From a virus: DNA of 27,189 bases. The position numbers and the translations under genes were made by a program. The DNA lies in UHGV virus genome UHGV-0126599. The stretch is one strand, 5' to 3'. The notes beneath the pieces were generated by a model. That model was not told the origin of the DNA and made no database searches. It saw nothing but the letters and a program-made list of their open reading frames with translations. How positions within the stretch are numbered: position 1 is the stretch's first letter; every line of letters begins with the position of its first letter. This document shows positions 1 to 7,096 of this stretch, piece by piece.

Positions 1-184
1 TTTTAAATGCAAATAGCAATCATATTCAATAAGGCAAGACGATCAGGATCAGTGAAAATGTCATTTTTGACGTAATTACCCTTACTTTATGCATGGCCTT
101 AACAAAGACATCATCTTTCCGTTGCAGATCTTCGCCCTTTCAAATAACGTACTTTACAACTTTCCCGAACAAGGAGTTGTGCCC

Positions 185-481
185 GTGTTGTATGTTATTT
201 ACGCTCAAGACAAAGCTGATAGCCTCGAAAAACGCCTTTCCGTTCGTCCGGCACATTTAGCACGTTTACAGTTACTGCATGATGAAGGTCGTTTGTTGAC
301 AGCTGGTCCAATGCCAGCGGTAGACAGTAACGATCCAGGGGCTGCGGGATTTACTGGCTCAACCGTTATTGCTGAATTTGAATCGCTGGAAGCAGCTCAG
401 GCCTGGGCCGATGCTGACCCGTACGTAGCGGCAGGAGTCTATGAACACGTTTCAGTGAAACCATTTAAGAAAGTGTTATAA
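185..481 (+). CDS. yciI: YciI-like protein (host gene, about 98 aa)
   Basis: ORF 89-481 translation ([28 protein letters not shown]...[20 protein letters not shown]) looks like the YciI family. GTG at 185 lies 8 nt after AAGGAG (171-176) and gives about 98 aa; the ORF-track Met at 89 has no RBS support. Confidence 0.55.
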   Translation: MLYVIYAQDKADSLEKRLSVRPAHLARLQLLHDEGRLLTAGPMPAVDSNDPGAAGFTGSTVIAEFESLEAAQAWADADPYVAAGVYEHVSVKPFKKVL

Positions 482-547
482 TTTATTAGAAATTTGCACT
501 TAAATCAAAAAGTTAAGGACAATTTAACCACCAATCAATAAATTAAA

Positions 548-583
548 GGGCACATTAAAGTACACAATATTTGTGCCCTTCTC
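548..583. terminator. Candidate bidirectional terminator between convergent yciI and invertase genes
   Basis: Inverted repeat aagggcaca (546-554) / tgtgccctt (572-580) with T-rich tracts on both sides. The loop is about 17 nt, so strength is uncertain. Confidence 0.35.
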
Positions 584-599
584 TGTTTCTTTCCCGTTA

Positions 600-1148
600 T
601 CAGCTAGCTGGAAACTTTTTATACAGAGTTGAGAGCCCTACTCCATACGTTTTTGATACGCTTTGTCGTGATTCACCGGTTGCCATCCGCTCCCCCATTT
701 CCCGCCATTGCTCATCCGTAAACTTAGGCCTGCGACCACCAACTCGCCCTTTTGCCCTGGCTACGGCCAGCCCTGCTAAGGTACGTTCGCTATTAAGATC
801 AGATTCATATTGTGCTGCGGAAAGGATGTTACGAAAGTTATAGCGGCCGCTGGCTGTTTTGAGATCCACGCCATCGGTAATACTGCGGAAGTTGATACCC
901 TTTTCCTGTAACTGCTGGAACATCAACAGCGCATGCAGAACGTTGCGGCCTATCCTGTCCAGCTTCCAGACCACCAGTTCATCCCCCGGCTGCATAGTGG
1001 CGATCAGCCGTTTTAGAACCGGCCGATTCGATTTCCTCCCGCTGGCATGCTCTTCAAAAATTTTCTCACAACCCGCTGACTTGAGCGCCGTTAGTTGCAA
1101 TTCAGTGTCCTGGTGGTTTGTTGATACTCGGGCATAACCGTAAATCAT
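600..1148 (-). CDS. Serine DNA invertase (Hin/Gin/Pin/Cin family)
   Basis: Translation MIYGYARVSTNHQDTELQ...GRRPKFTDEQWREM has the hallmark resolvase/invertase N-terminus with catalytic Ser and a C-terminal HTH. ATG at 1148 is preceded by AGGAG; the upstream Met at 1256 in the ORF track is less likely. Confidence 0.9.
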   Translation of the reverse strand: MIYGYARVSTNHQDTELQLTALKSAGCEKIFEEHASGRKSNRPVLKRLIATMQPGDELVVWKLDRIGRNVLHALLMFQQLQEKGINFRSITDGVDLKTASGRYNFRNILSAAQYESDLNSERTLAGLAVARAKGRVGGRRPKFTDEQWREMGERMATGESRQSVSKTYGVGLSTLYKKFPAS

Positions 1149-1152
1149 GGGA

Positions 1153-1179
1153 TTTCTCCTGTTATGAAAACAGGAGAAA
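1153..1179. promoter_or_regulatory. Perfect 11-bp inverted repeat (TTTCTCCTGTT-ATGAA-AACAGGAGAAA) overlapping the invertase RBS
   Basis: Seen directly: 1153-1163 is the reverse complement of 1169-1179. On the invertase mRNA the AGGAG Shine-Dalgarno sits inside the stem. Confidence 0.4.
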
Positions 1180-1200
1180 CGGCGAAGCATCACCAGATTT

Positions 1201-1578
1201 TTGATGGTTATAAAAAAGGTTGGTTTGGGAGAAGCGGCGAAAAGGGATGTGGGCACAGGAGATAATCAGATACCTGATATGTCTTACTGGTCTTCACCGG
1301 CAGGCGGAATTAATTTCCCGAATGGGTTCCAGATGCGATTCGGGACTATCGCTGGTACTGGTGGAAAATTATTTTCTACGCCATTTACAAATCAGTGCTA
1401 TGGCATTGTTTTCGGACAAACATATGGAGCCAACTACTGGATGTTCAGCCCGATGTACAGAGCATCTGATCTGAGTAATACCGGTTTTGCATTCATTAAC
1501 AAAGCCTGGTCTGGCGTTCCGGGGGTAGGTTCTCAGGACGCTGGTGAATCAGTTTTTTATATTGCAGTAGGGTATTAA
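1201..1578 (+). CDS. Alternative tail-fibre C-terminal segment (S'v-like), silent in this orientation
   Basis: ORF runs through the left crossover site; after the shared GLGE residues it encodes a distinct C-terminus (...SYWSSPAGGINFPNGFQMRFG...). It has no promoter or upstream constant part in the current orientation; the fusion to the constant part would be in frame after inversion. Confidence 0.7.
   Translation: MMVIKKVGLGEAAKRDVGTGDNQIPDMSYWSSPAGGINFPNGFQMRFGTIAGTGGKLFSTPFTNQCYGIVFGQTYGANYWMFSPMYRASDLSNTGFAFINKAWSGVPGVGSQDAGESVFYIAVGY
1208..1233. repeat. Left hix/gix-like crossover site of the invertible segment
   Basis: TTATAAAAAAGGTTGGTTTGGGAGAA; its reverse complement shares the first 14 nt (TTCTCCCAAACCAA) with the site at 3005-3030. 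Confidence 0.7.
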
Positions 1579-1579
1579 T

Positions 1580-2023
1580 ATGGAAATGGTTTATAGCGCC
1601 TCAAATAATAGTTTTTTCGCTAAAAATGATGTGGCGAAATATGAACAGGCCGGATGGGAACTTGCTGATATTGTCGAAGTGACATATGACACTTACCTGG
1701 AATTTATTGAAGACAGAACGTTGCAAGGGAAAGTACGCATCGCGGGTGATGATGGCCTTCCCACCTGGGGGGAAATTCCACCGCCAACTCATGAGGAACA
1801 AATTGCCGCAGCCGAACTGGAAAAGCAGCAATTGATTAATCAGGTCAACGAATACATATACAGTAAGCAATGGCCTGGTAAAGCAGCGATTGGTCGCCTG
1901 AAAGGTGAGGAACTGGCGCAATATAATTTGTGGCTGGATTATCTGGACGCACTGGAACTGGTTGATACCTCCAGTGCTCCAGATATTGAATGGCCTACGC
2001 CTCCGGCAGTTCAGGCCAGATGA
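1580..2023 (+). CDS. Tail fibre assembly protein, alternative copy (U'-like)
   Basis: 147 aa; C-terminal motif LDYLDALELVDTSSAPDIEWPTPP typical of Tfa chaperones; ATG immediately after the S'v stop. Confidence 0.85.
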   Translation: MEMVYSASNNSFFAKNDVAKYEQAGWELADIVEVTYDTYLEFIEDRTLQGKVRIAGDDGLPTWGEIPPPTHEEQIAAAELEKQQLINQVNEYIYSKQWPGKAAIGRLKGEELAQYNLWLDYLDALELVDTSSAPDIEWPTPPAVQAR

Positions 2024-2606
2024 CATCCGGCGCGGTGCTCGTATCTGTTGCCGTCACCGCGTCAATGTAATCAAGCACGGCGTTAAGCCGGGTGGTTTCT
2101 GCCTGCGTCAGCTTCCGCCCGGCCTGTAATTTCAGCTGAATCAGACTGATCGAAGCCATTGCAGCATCAATCAGTGACTGGCGCTGTGCTTCTGCCGCTT
2201 CTACTGCGGCGCTATGCTGTGCCTCAGTATCTGTCACCCATTTCTCACCATCCCATTCATCGTATGGAGTTAACGGGGCGATAGTGGTTGTATTTTCAGG
2301 ATATTCGCCAATTTCGGTGATGGTGATTTCATCGCCGTTTTCAGTGTTGTAAACAGTTTCGCCACGATGGTCAGCAACGTATTCCCAACTGGTTAAATCA
2401 GCCTTGCGGCAGATTGCGAAACCTTCTTTTTTGCTGCCCGGCGCATCAACGCAGGAATTAGCTGGAACGCCAGCGCCAACCGGCAGATATTCAACGGATG
2501 AACCAATATATTCACGCGTTTCGCCATTGTAGTTGTAAACGGTAATAAATCCAGCCTCAGTGGCAAAACCGTTTTCATCCAAAGTGATTTTTTTTGTGGT
2601 CATCAT
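1995..2606 (-). CDS. Tail fibre assembly protein, currently expressed copy (U-like)
   Basis: 203 aa; C-terminal motif LDYIDAVTATDTSTAPDVIWPELP; start ATGATGA overlaps the fibre stop; 3' end overlaps the convergent U' gene by 29 bp. Confidence 0.85.
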   Translation of the reverse strand: MMTTKKITLDENGFATEAGFITVYNYNGETREYIGSSVEYLPVGAGVPANSCVDAPGSKKEGFAICRKADLTSWEYVADHRGETVYNTENGDEITITEIGEYPENTTTIAPLTPYDEWDGEKWVTDTEAQHSAAVEAAEAQRQSLIDAAMASISLIQLKLQAGRKLTQAETTRLNAVLDYIDAVTATDTSTAPDVIWPELPEA

Positions 2607-3286
2607 GCTGCCCTTACAATGTAGTTAAATGCAATGTTGCGCGGCCTTGTTTCAGTCCCACCCGTCGCATTAGTTTCCCTACTGGAGGTGCCTCCGGTTT
2701 TTAATACATCATCTGCGCTGGTAGCTGATGTTGCCCCGCTAACTCGGATAGCTAATAAATGCGTATGAGATTGGATTGCTCCTCCCTGCGCAGATAGCAA
2801 TGCACGGCCACTATCTATCCCTCGACCATCATCCCAGCCACGAATAAATTCACCGCGTAAATCAGGCACTTTATTTGTCGGATAAGCCTTTGCCAGTTTC
2901 GGGTATTCTTCAGCAGAAAAAGGCGCACCGTTGCATTTCAGCCAGCCTGTAGGCGGAGTGGCCAAAGGCCACGGGACAGGCACACCAACGGGTAATGCTG
3001 AGCCTTCTCCCAAACCAAGGTTTGTGGTAATCGCTGTCGCCAGCTTTGCCACCAGTCCATCAACGTCACCATCATCGAGCGCGTCCAGTTCGGCGTTCGC
3101 GATAAACTGCCCCAGTACAGCCGCCATCGTCGACGGTTGGCGCAGCGCTTTACTGACCTGTGCGCTGGATGCTTTACCCGAGGAGAATCCTTTCTTCAGT
3201 GCGGTTAGCGTCTCCCATTCCTCCTGCGAGGTAACATTTGCATTAGCATCTGTCGCAAACGCTTTAAAATCATTAGTTCCAGCCAT
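2603..3286 (-). CDS. Tail fibre protein (short constant N-terminus plus invertible variable C-terminus)
   Basis: C-terminus ...HTHLLAIRVSGATSATSADDVLKTGG...RPRNIAFNYIVRAA is typical of Mu S / T-even gp37-type fibre tips. ATG at 3286 overlaps the upstream stop (TAATG); the ORF-track start at 3304 is less likely. Confidence 0.8.
   Translation of the reverse strand: MAGTNDFKAFATDANANVTSQEEWETLTALKKGFSSGKASSAQVSKALRQPSTMAAVLGQFIANAELDALDDGDVDGLVAKLATAITTNLGLGEGSALPVGVPVPWPLATPPTGWLKCNGAPFSAEEYPKLAKAYPTNKVPDLRGEFIRGWDDGRGIDSGRALLSAQGGAIQSHTHLLAIRVSGATSATSADDVLKTGGTSSRETNATGGTETRPRNIAFNYIVRAA
3005..3030. repeat. Right hix/gix-like crossover site inside the tail-fibre gene
   Basis: TTCTCCCAAACCAAGGTTTGTGGTAA: two imperfect 12-bp half-sites around a central AA, resembling hix/gix sites as I remember them; encodes LGLGE in the fibre. 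Confidence 0.7.
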
Positions 3287-3966
3287 TAAAGTAATCTCCC
3301 CCATGCGCCGTCATCAAAACCGGCGATGTATTCGTTATCCATGTCAAATCCAAAGAATTTTGTTCCTTCGGACGGTGTTTCGACCGAGGGTGTTTCAACG
3401 CCGCCAGCCCATACACCAGCAGCTTTAACGGTGAGATAACCCTGTTTGATAGCGGCTATCAGTTCGAGTGACACATCAGAAATATCAGTCTCGGGAAAAA
3501 CCCAGACCGATATCGTCATGTCCTGGTTATCGACGATCTGCATCTTCAGTCCAGAGCCTGCGGTAGCAGCGTCAAGGATGGGAGGCAGAGAGTCGTTCCG
3601 ACCATCCCAGTTGTTGATAGCGATTTTCGCTTTCAGAATGATGCGGTACGTCTCATCACTCAGCGTCGTATAGCCAGAATCAGGATCATATGGCCCTTGC
3701 CAGATGCCCTGGTCATATCCGAGCCCGTCAGTGTCCCAGCTGAAATAAACGCCGCTAATTGGCTGGCTGACTATACGACTACGCCCAATCCACAGGCCGA
3801 GGATATCGAGTTGCACGCCAACCGCCGTATCGATATCGAAGGCTGTTACAAGCCCTGACATAGTGCTGGACACATCAATCAGCGGGCGGGTGCTCAGATC
3901 TATATGGTCAAAAAAGAGTGGCTTGGTAGCGTGGTAGTTAGTGATCAGTTCGGTGTATTTGCTCAT
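3286..3966 (-). CDS. Baseplate wedge/tail protein (Mu gp48-like position)
   Basis: 226 aa ORF between the baseplate J gene and the fibre; ATG at 3966 overlaps the J stop (ATGA). Assignment by synteny. Confidence 0.6.
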   Translation of the reverse strand: MSKYTELITNYHATKPLFFDHIDLSTRPLIDVSSTMSGLVTAFDIDTAVGVQLDILGLWIGRSRIVSQPISGVYFSWDTDGLGYDQGIWQGPYDPDSGYTTLSDETYRIILKAKIAINNWDGRNDSLPPILDAATAGSGLKMQIVDNQDMTISVWVFPETDISDVSLELIAAIKQGYLTVKAAGVWAGGVETPSVETPSEGTKFFGFDMDNEYIAGFDDGAWGRLL

Positions 3967-5162
3967 GAGGTCACCGTGATAGTGACGTGACTCGCAACGC
4001 ATGACGCAGATTCGTCATAAGCAATATCGATATTTCCGCTTGCGACTGAGTCAGAGGATTTGCCGATGAGCAGCTCCTGAATGTCGTAATAGCGAGCACT
4101 GCCTCCGCTTACCACGCCAAGGTTTGCCGGGGAATAAATACGACTCAGCAGAACGTCGTCGCCAATTGTCAGGCCATTAATATAGCCGGCAACAGCCTGT
4201 TTGATCTGCTCGCCGATTTGAGAGGTATACCCGGTAAAAACTTTCAGGGTAATGGCTACGAAAATTGGCACATCGGTAGAGCGTGAAAAACTGATGACGT
4301 GAGGATTACCGTAAGTATCCGGCACCGTGACAGAAGTTGTCCCGTAGGTTGCCGTTCCCTGTCCTTTATTCCCCCTGATGGTCTGGGCTATTTCGGTAAC
4401 ATCCCCACCATCGACGATGGCGGAAATTGAGTGCGGCGGCAGCCCGTTGCTGTCTGTTGTTCCTGTGTCGTTCTCATACAACTTGTGACGTGTCACGCCA
4501 GCAACGTTAGCTATTGCACCGTCGACACCTTCAAACGATGTGATCGATGGTAGCGCGACGCTTTGCCCCTGCCGAATGCGCAGCTCTGCGTCGGTTTCGG
4601 CTGGTGAACCGACAGTAGCCGAAGCTGGGTTGGTTACCGACACCCAGCCGCGAGTCGGTGTGTTAATGGTGGTAATAGTCCCGGCCATCGCCGCAACCGA
4701 ACCGCTATTCGCACATGTGGCCGTCACCAGCACAGTACCATCAACGCCGATCGCTACACTTGCGGGAAAATTCCAGATAATGCCGTTTTTATCCCGTGCG
4801 GAGCCATTCGTGATAGTCGTGCCTGCCGTACCGGTTAACAGAAGGTCAGCAGTAGAGTTTGTCGCTACTTTTCGCGTGATCCCGTTAATTTTCACATTGC
4901 TGCTAAGCGCTGCGGCCTGCGCTGTCGTCGGTGAAAAAGAGTTGTAGATCCCGATAGCGGTGTTGTTAGCGTCATGCACCGCAAGAGCCACCAGCGCGAC
5001 CATCTGCCCGTCTTTGCTGTCTGGTTCGAGGTAGGCATCACTACCGTAAATCTGCCTGAAATAGCTGGTCAGTGTATCTAGGATTGTCTGGTAATCAGGC
5101 GCACTAATCCCCTGGGCGGTTACCGTTGCCGATAGCCCCAGCGTGTCGAGGTTCAAAGCCAT
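3963..5162 (-). CDS. Baseplate J-like protein (Mu gp47 / P2 gpJ family)
   Basis: 399 aa; size, position and sequence character fit the baseplate J family. Confidence 0.8.
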   Translation of the reverse strand: MALNLDTLGLSATVTAQGISAPDYQTILDTLTSYFRQIYGSDAYLEPDSKDGQMVALVALAVHDANNTAIGIYNSFSPTTAQAAALSSNVKINGITRKVATNSTADLLLTGTAGTTITNGSARDKNGIIWNFPASVAIGVDGTVLVTATCANSGSVAAMAGTITTINTPTRGWVSVTNPASATVGSPAETDAELRIRQGQSVALPSITSFEGVDGAIANVAGVTRHKLYENDTGTTDSNGLPPHSISAIVDGGDVTEIAQTIRGNKGQGTATYGTTSVTVPDTYGNPHVISFSRSTDVPIFVAITLKVFTGYTSQIGEQIKQAVAGYINGLTIGDDVLLSRIYSPANLGVVSGGSARYYDIQELLIGKSSDSVASGNIDIAYDESASCVASHVTITVTS

Positions 5163-5516
5163 TTATGCCTCGCTTGTTACAGTCGTCTGGCCGTAGATTG
5201 TGTCAATGGAGGAAGTGAAGGTGACGCGACGGCTGGTGCCGTCATAATTGGTATCGAAGGAAAGAATCGACAGAACGCCCGGTGTATCCTGTATGCGTTC
5301 GCGTATAGCCAGGATGTAGACATCTGATCGCTGCTTCCCAAGCACTGACTGAACATACGGCGTGCCTTCCGTCAGATCGAGAAACCACTGACCGCGCCAC
5401 AGCTCGAAACGGGTTTTTACGGCCTGGGCGACACATTCCGGACTGTCGATAAGGAAAGTATCGTCACCCTGGCCGAAAGTGTAATCGCCTTCAGTATCTT
5501 CGCGACGGTATCGCAT
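5163..5516 (-). CDS. Small baseplate protein (gp25 / gpW / Mu gp46-like)
   Basis: 117 aa, translationally coupled (TAATG) to the upstream spike gene; assigned by synteny. Confidence 0.6.
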   Translation of the reverse strand: MRYRREDTEGDYTFGQGDDTFLIDSPECVAQAVKTRFELWRGQWFLDLTEGTPYVQSVLGKQRSDVYILAIRERIQDTPGVLSILSFDTNYDGTSRRVTFTSSIDTIYGQTTVTSEA

Positions 5517-6256
5517 TATTGCGGCCCTCCGGTAGTTCCCCCGCCAGTCTGTACTCCGCCATGTTTATGCGTGGCGACACTGATACCAGAAGCTGTTACG
5601 TCATTCGTTACCGTCACCGGCCCAAGCATCGTCGCAGTACCGCCGCTTTCTCCCATTCCCTGAGACAGGTTACCGTTAATCGTTACGTTGCCGTTCAGCG
5701 TGATAGTCGGGGATGTGATTGTCGTTCCACCCTCAGCCGTAGCCGTAAGCTTGCCCGGCGTTTTAACGGTGATGTTATGCCCTGCTGCGACCTCTACGAA
5801 CGCCGAGCCATCATCGGTTCGCAGCTGCGCGGCGCTGGTACTGATACCGCTGATTTTCTGCGCTTGCGACTGCGGGCCAACGATGGCGAACGCATCAGAT
5901 AAGTCATGCTGGCGCGGGTCGACGGTCTCCTGAACGCCGCCGCTCTGCCACCAGAAATCGATGCAACGGTCGGCAAAGATCAGCAGGCACTCGTCGCCTT
6001 CTTTTACCGGAAAGGTCAGCGTGCAACCGCCGCCGCGCGGGAAGATAACCGGCACATCCACCAGCGGTTTTAATTCGGTGGAGCCATCGCCAACAATACC
6101 GCGAAGCGCTACCTCTACCGTGCAGGTAACAGTATCAGGATCGAACGACTGAATGATGCCGGGCATCGCTACGCGCATCTGGGTAGACACCGAATCGGCA
6201 ATGGCCTGCGCGGTCTGCTGCTCACCGCCGATCTGTGATTGAGTTGGAATTGGCAT
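5516..6256 (-). CDS. Baseplate spike / assembly protein V-like (Mu gp45-like)
   Basis: Gly-rich C-terminus (GGVQTGGGTTGGPQ) and OB-fold-like N-region. ATG at 6256 follows the terminator of the inserted cassette; the ORF-track extension to 6430 overlaps that terminator and the upstream gene. Confidence 0.7.
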   Translation of the reverse strand: MPIPTQSQIGGEQQTAQAIADSVSTQMRVAMPGIIQSFDPDTVTCTVEVALRGIVGDGSTELKPLVDVPVIFPRGGGCTLTFPVKEGDECLLIFADRCIDFWWQSGGVQETVDPRQHDLSDAFAIVGPQSQAQKISGISTSAAQLRTDDGSAFVEVAAGHNITVKTPGKLTATAEGGTTITSPTITLNGNVTINGNLSQGMGESGGTATMLGPVTVTNDVTASGISVATHKHGGVQTGGGTTGGPQ

Positions 6257-6261
6257 AAAAA

Positions 6262-6290
6262 CCCCATAAAAAAACCCGCTCGGTGGCGGG
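6262..6290 (-). terminator. Intrinsic terminator directly after the inserted two-gene cassette
   Basis: Minus strand reads TAA-ACCCGCCACCGAGCGGGTTTTTTT: a GC-rich 6-bp stem with a 6-nt loop and a 7-T run starting right after the stop codon. Confidence 0.6.
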
Positions 6291-6728
6291 TTATAATTTT
6301 GCTTCTGGATAACATCTACAGCGACCATCAGGACAACACTTTCCCTCCCCGGGATGACCACTTTTAGGAGGCTTACTCCACGAAAATGTTTTCCCATTAT
6401 TTTTAGCGCATTCTGCACACTCGTCACCATCCTCGCAGGAGCGCCAAATATAACGTTTAATACCCAAGCGAGATTGCCTTATCCTCTCTGCCTCGGAGTG
6501 ACGACGGCTGTTTTCGGCGAGGTGTTCAGCATGGCGCGCGTTATCCTTCTCAATTTCTTCTTTACTTCGCCGCTTCCCATTTGCTGGCTTTGATTTTTGG
6601 TAAGCAACCCGTTTATTTCGATTGTATGATTTAATAATTGCGTCTTCATTTCTGCGCTTTTTAAATTTTAAATATTTAACAAATGCAAAAGCAATTACGA
6701 ATAAAATAATAATATATGCAGGTTCCAT
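6291..6728 (-). CDS. Membrane-anchored Cys-rich protein with an F-like C-terminal motif (accessory/moron gene)
   Basis: N-terminal hydrophobic helix (PAYIIILFVIAFAFVKYL) followed by a basic tract, then YIWRSCEDGDECAECAKNNGKTFSWSKPPKSGHPGEGKCCPDGRCRCYPE. AT-rich DNA; start TAATG-coupled to the upstream gene. Confidence 0.65.
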   Translation of the reverse strand: MEPAYIIILFVIAFAFVKYLKFKKRRNEDAIIKSYNRNKRVAYQKSKPANGKRRSKEEIEKDNARHAEHLAENSRRHSEAERIRQSRLGIKRYIWRSCEDGDECAECAKNNGKTFSWSKPPKSGHPGEGKCCPDGRCRCYPEAKL

Positions 6729-7096
6729 TATTTAACCTTTACGCAATCATAAGTTGCATATTGTCTTGGTGCACCCATGCTGGCTTGCAGCCACTGAGCA
6801 TTGAGGATAGCTTTTCCGTTTCGCTTTATGTACTCAAGACCAACCCATCGCCCCGGTTGGTTTGTAGCCATACGCCAATCCATTTTTATATTGTCGTAGT
6901 CTTCTTTTTGTTTCAGAAATGTCAATTTCTGATACTCGGGCTTTGCTCCATTTATGCGAGGAAAGCCGTCATTAGTACCACTCGTTGAGAAAGTGAAATC
7001 ACCGCACTTCATATAGACTTTTCCTGCTGCATTTGCACCAGCAACAGCTGTTAAGCAAATTAAGCCAGAAAATATTCCTGAGATTATCCTTTTCAT
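6728..7096 (-). CDS. Secreted/periplasmic protein of unknown function (accessory/moron gene)
   Basis: Signal peptide MKRIISGIFSGLICLTAVAGANA with a likely AxA cleavage site; two Cys in the mature part; AT-rich; start TAATG-coupled to the hub gene stop. Confidence 0.65.
   Translation of the reverse strand: MKRIISGIFSGLICLTAVAGANAAGKVYMKCGDFTFSTSGTNDGFPRINGAKPEYQKLTFLKQKEDYDNIKMDWRMATNQPGRWVGLEYIKRNGKAILNAQWLQASMGAPRQYATYDCVKVK

Larger units (their letters stand above)
1221..3017. other. Invertible tail-fibre segment (Mu G / P1 C / e14 P-like), about 1.8 kb
   Basis: Bounded by inverted hix-like sites at 1208-1233 and 3005-3030. Contains two convergent sets of fibre C-terminus plus tail-fibre-assembly gene, and an invertase gene lies immediately outside. 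Confidence 0.7.

Noticed and set aside
89-184. N-terminal extension of the yciI-like ORF from the Met at 89
   Set aside because: No RBS, and the extension precedes a strong AAGGAG-GTG start at 185 that gives the expected length of about 98 aa.
1153-1179. The 27-bp palindrome as a third hix-like recombination site
   Set aside because: It has odd symmetry with no 2-bp core and shares only the outer TTCTCC hexamer with the crossover sites; more likely regulatory.
5516-6430. Long form of the spike gene starting at 6430
   Set aside because: The extension would run through the upstream gene and its terminator; the internal ATG at 6256 immediately after the terminator is more plausible.
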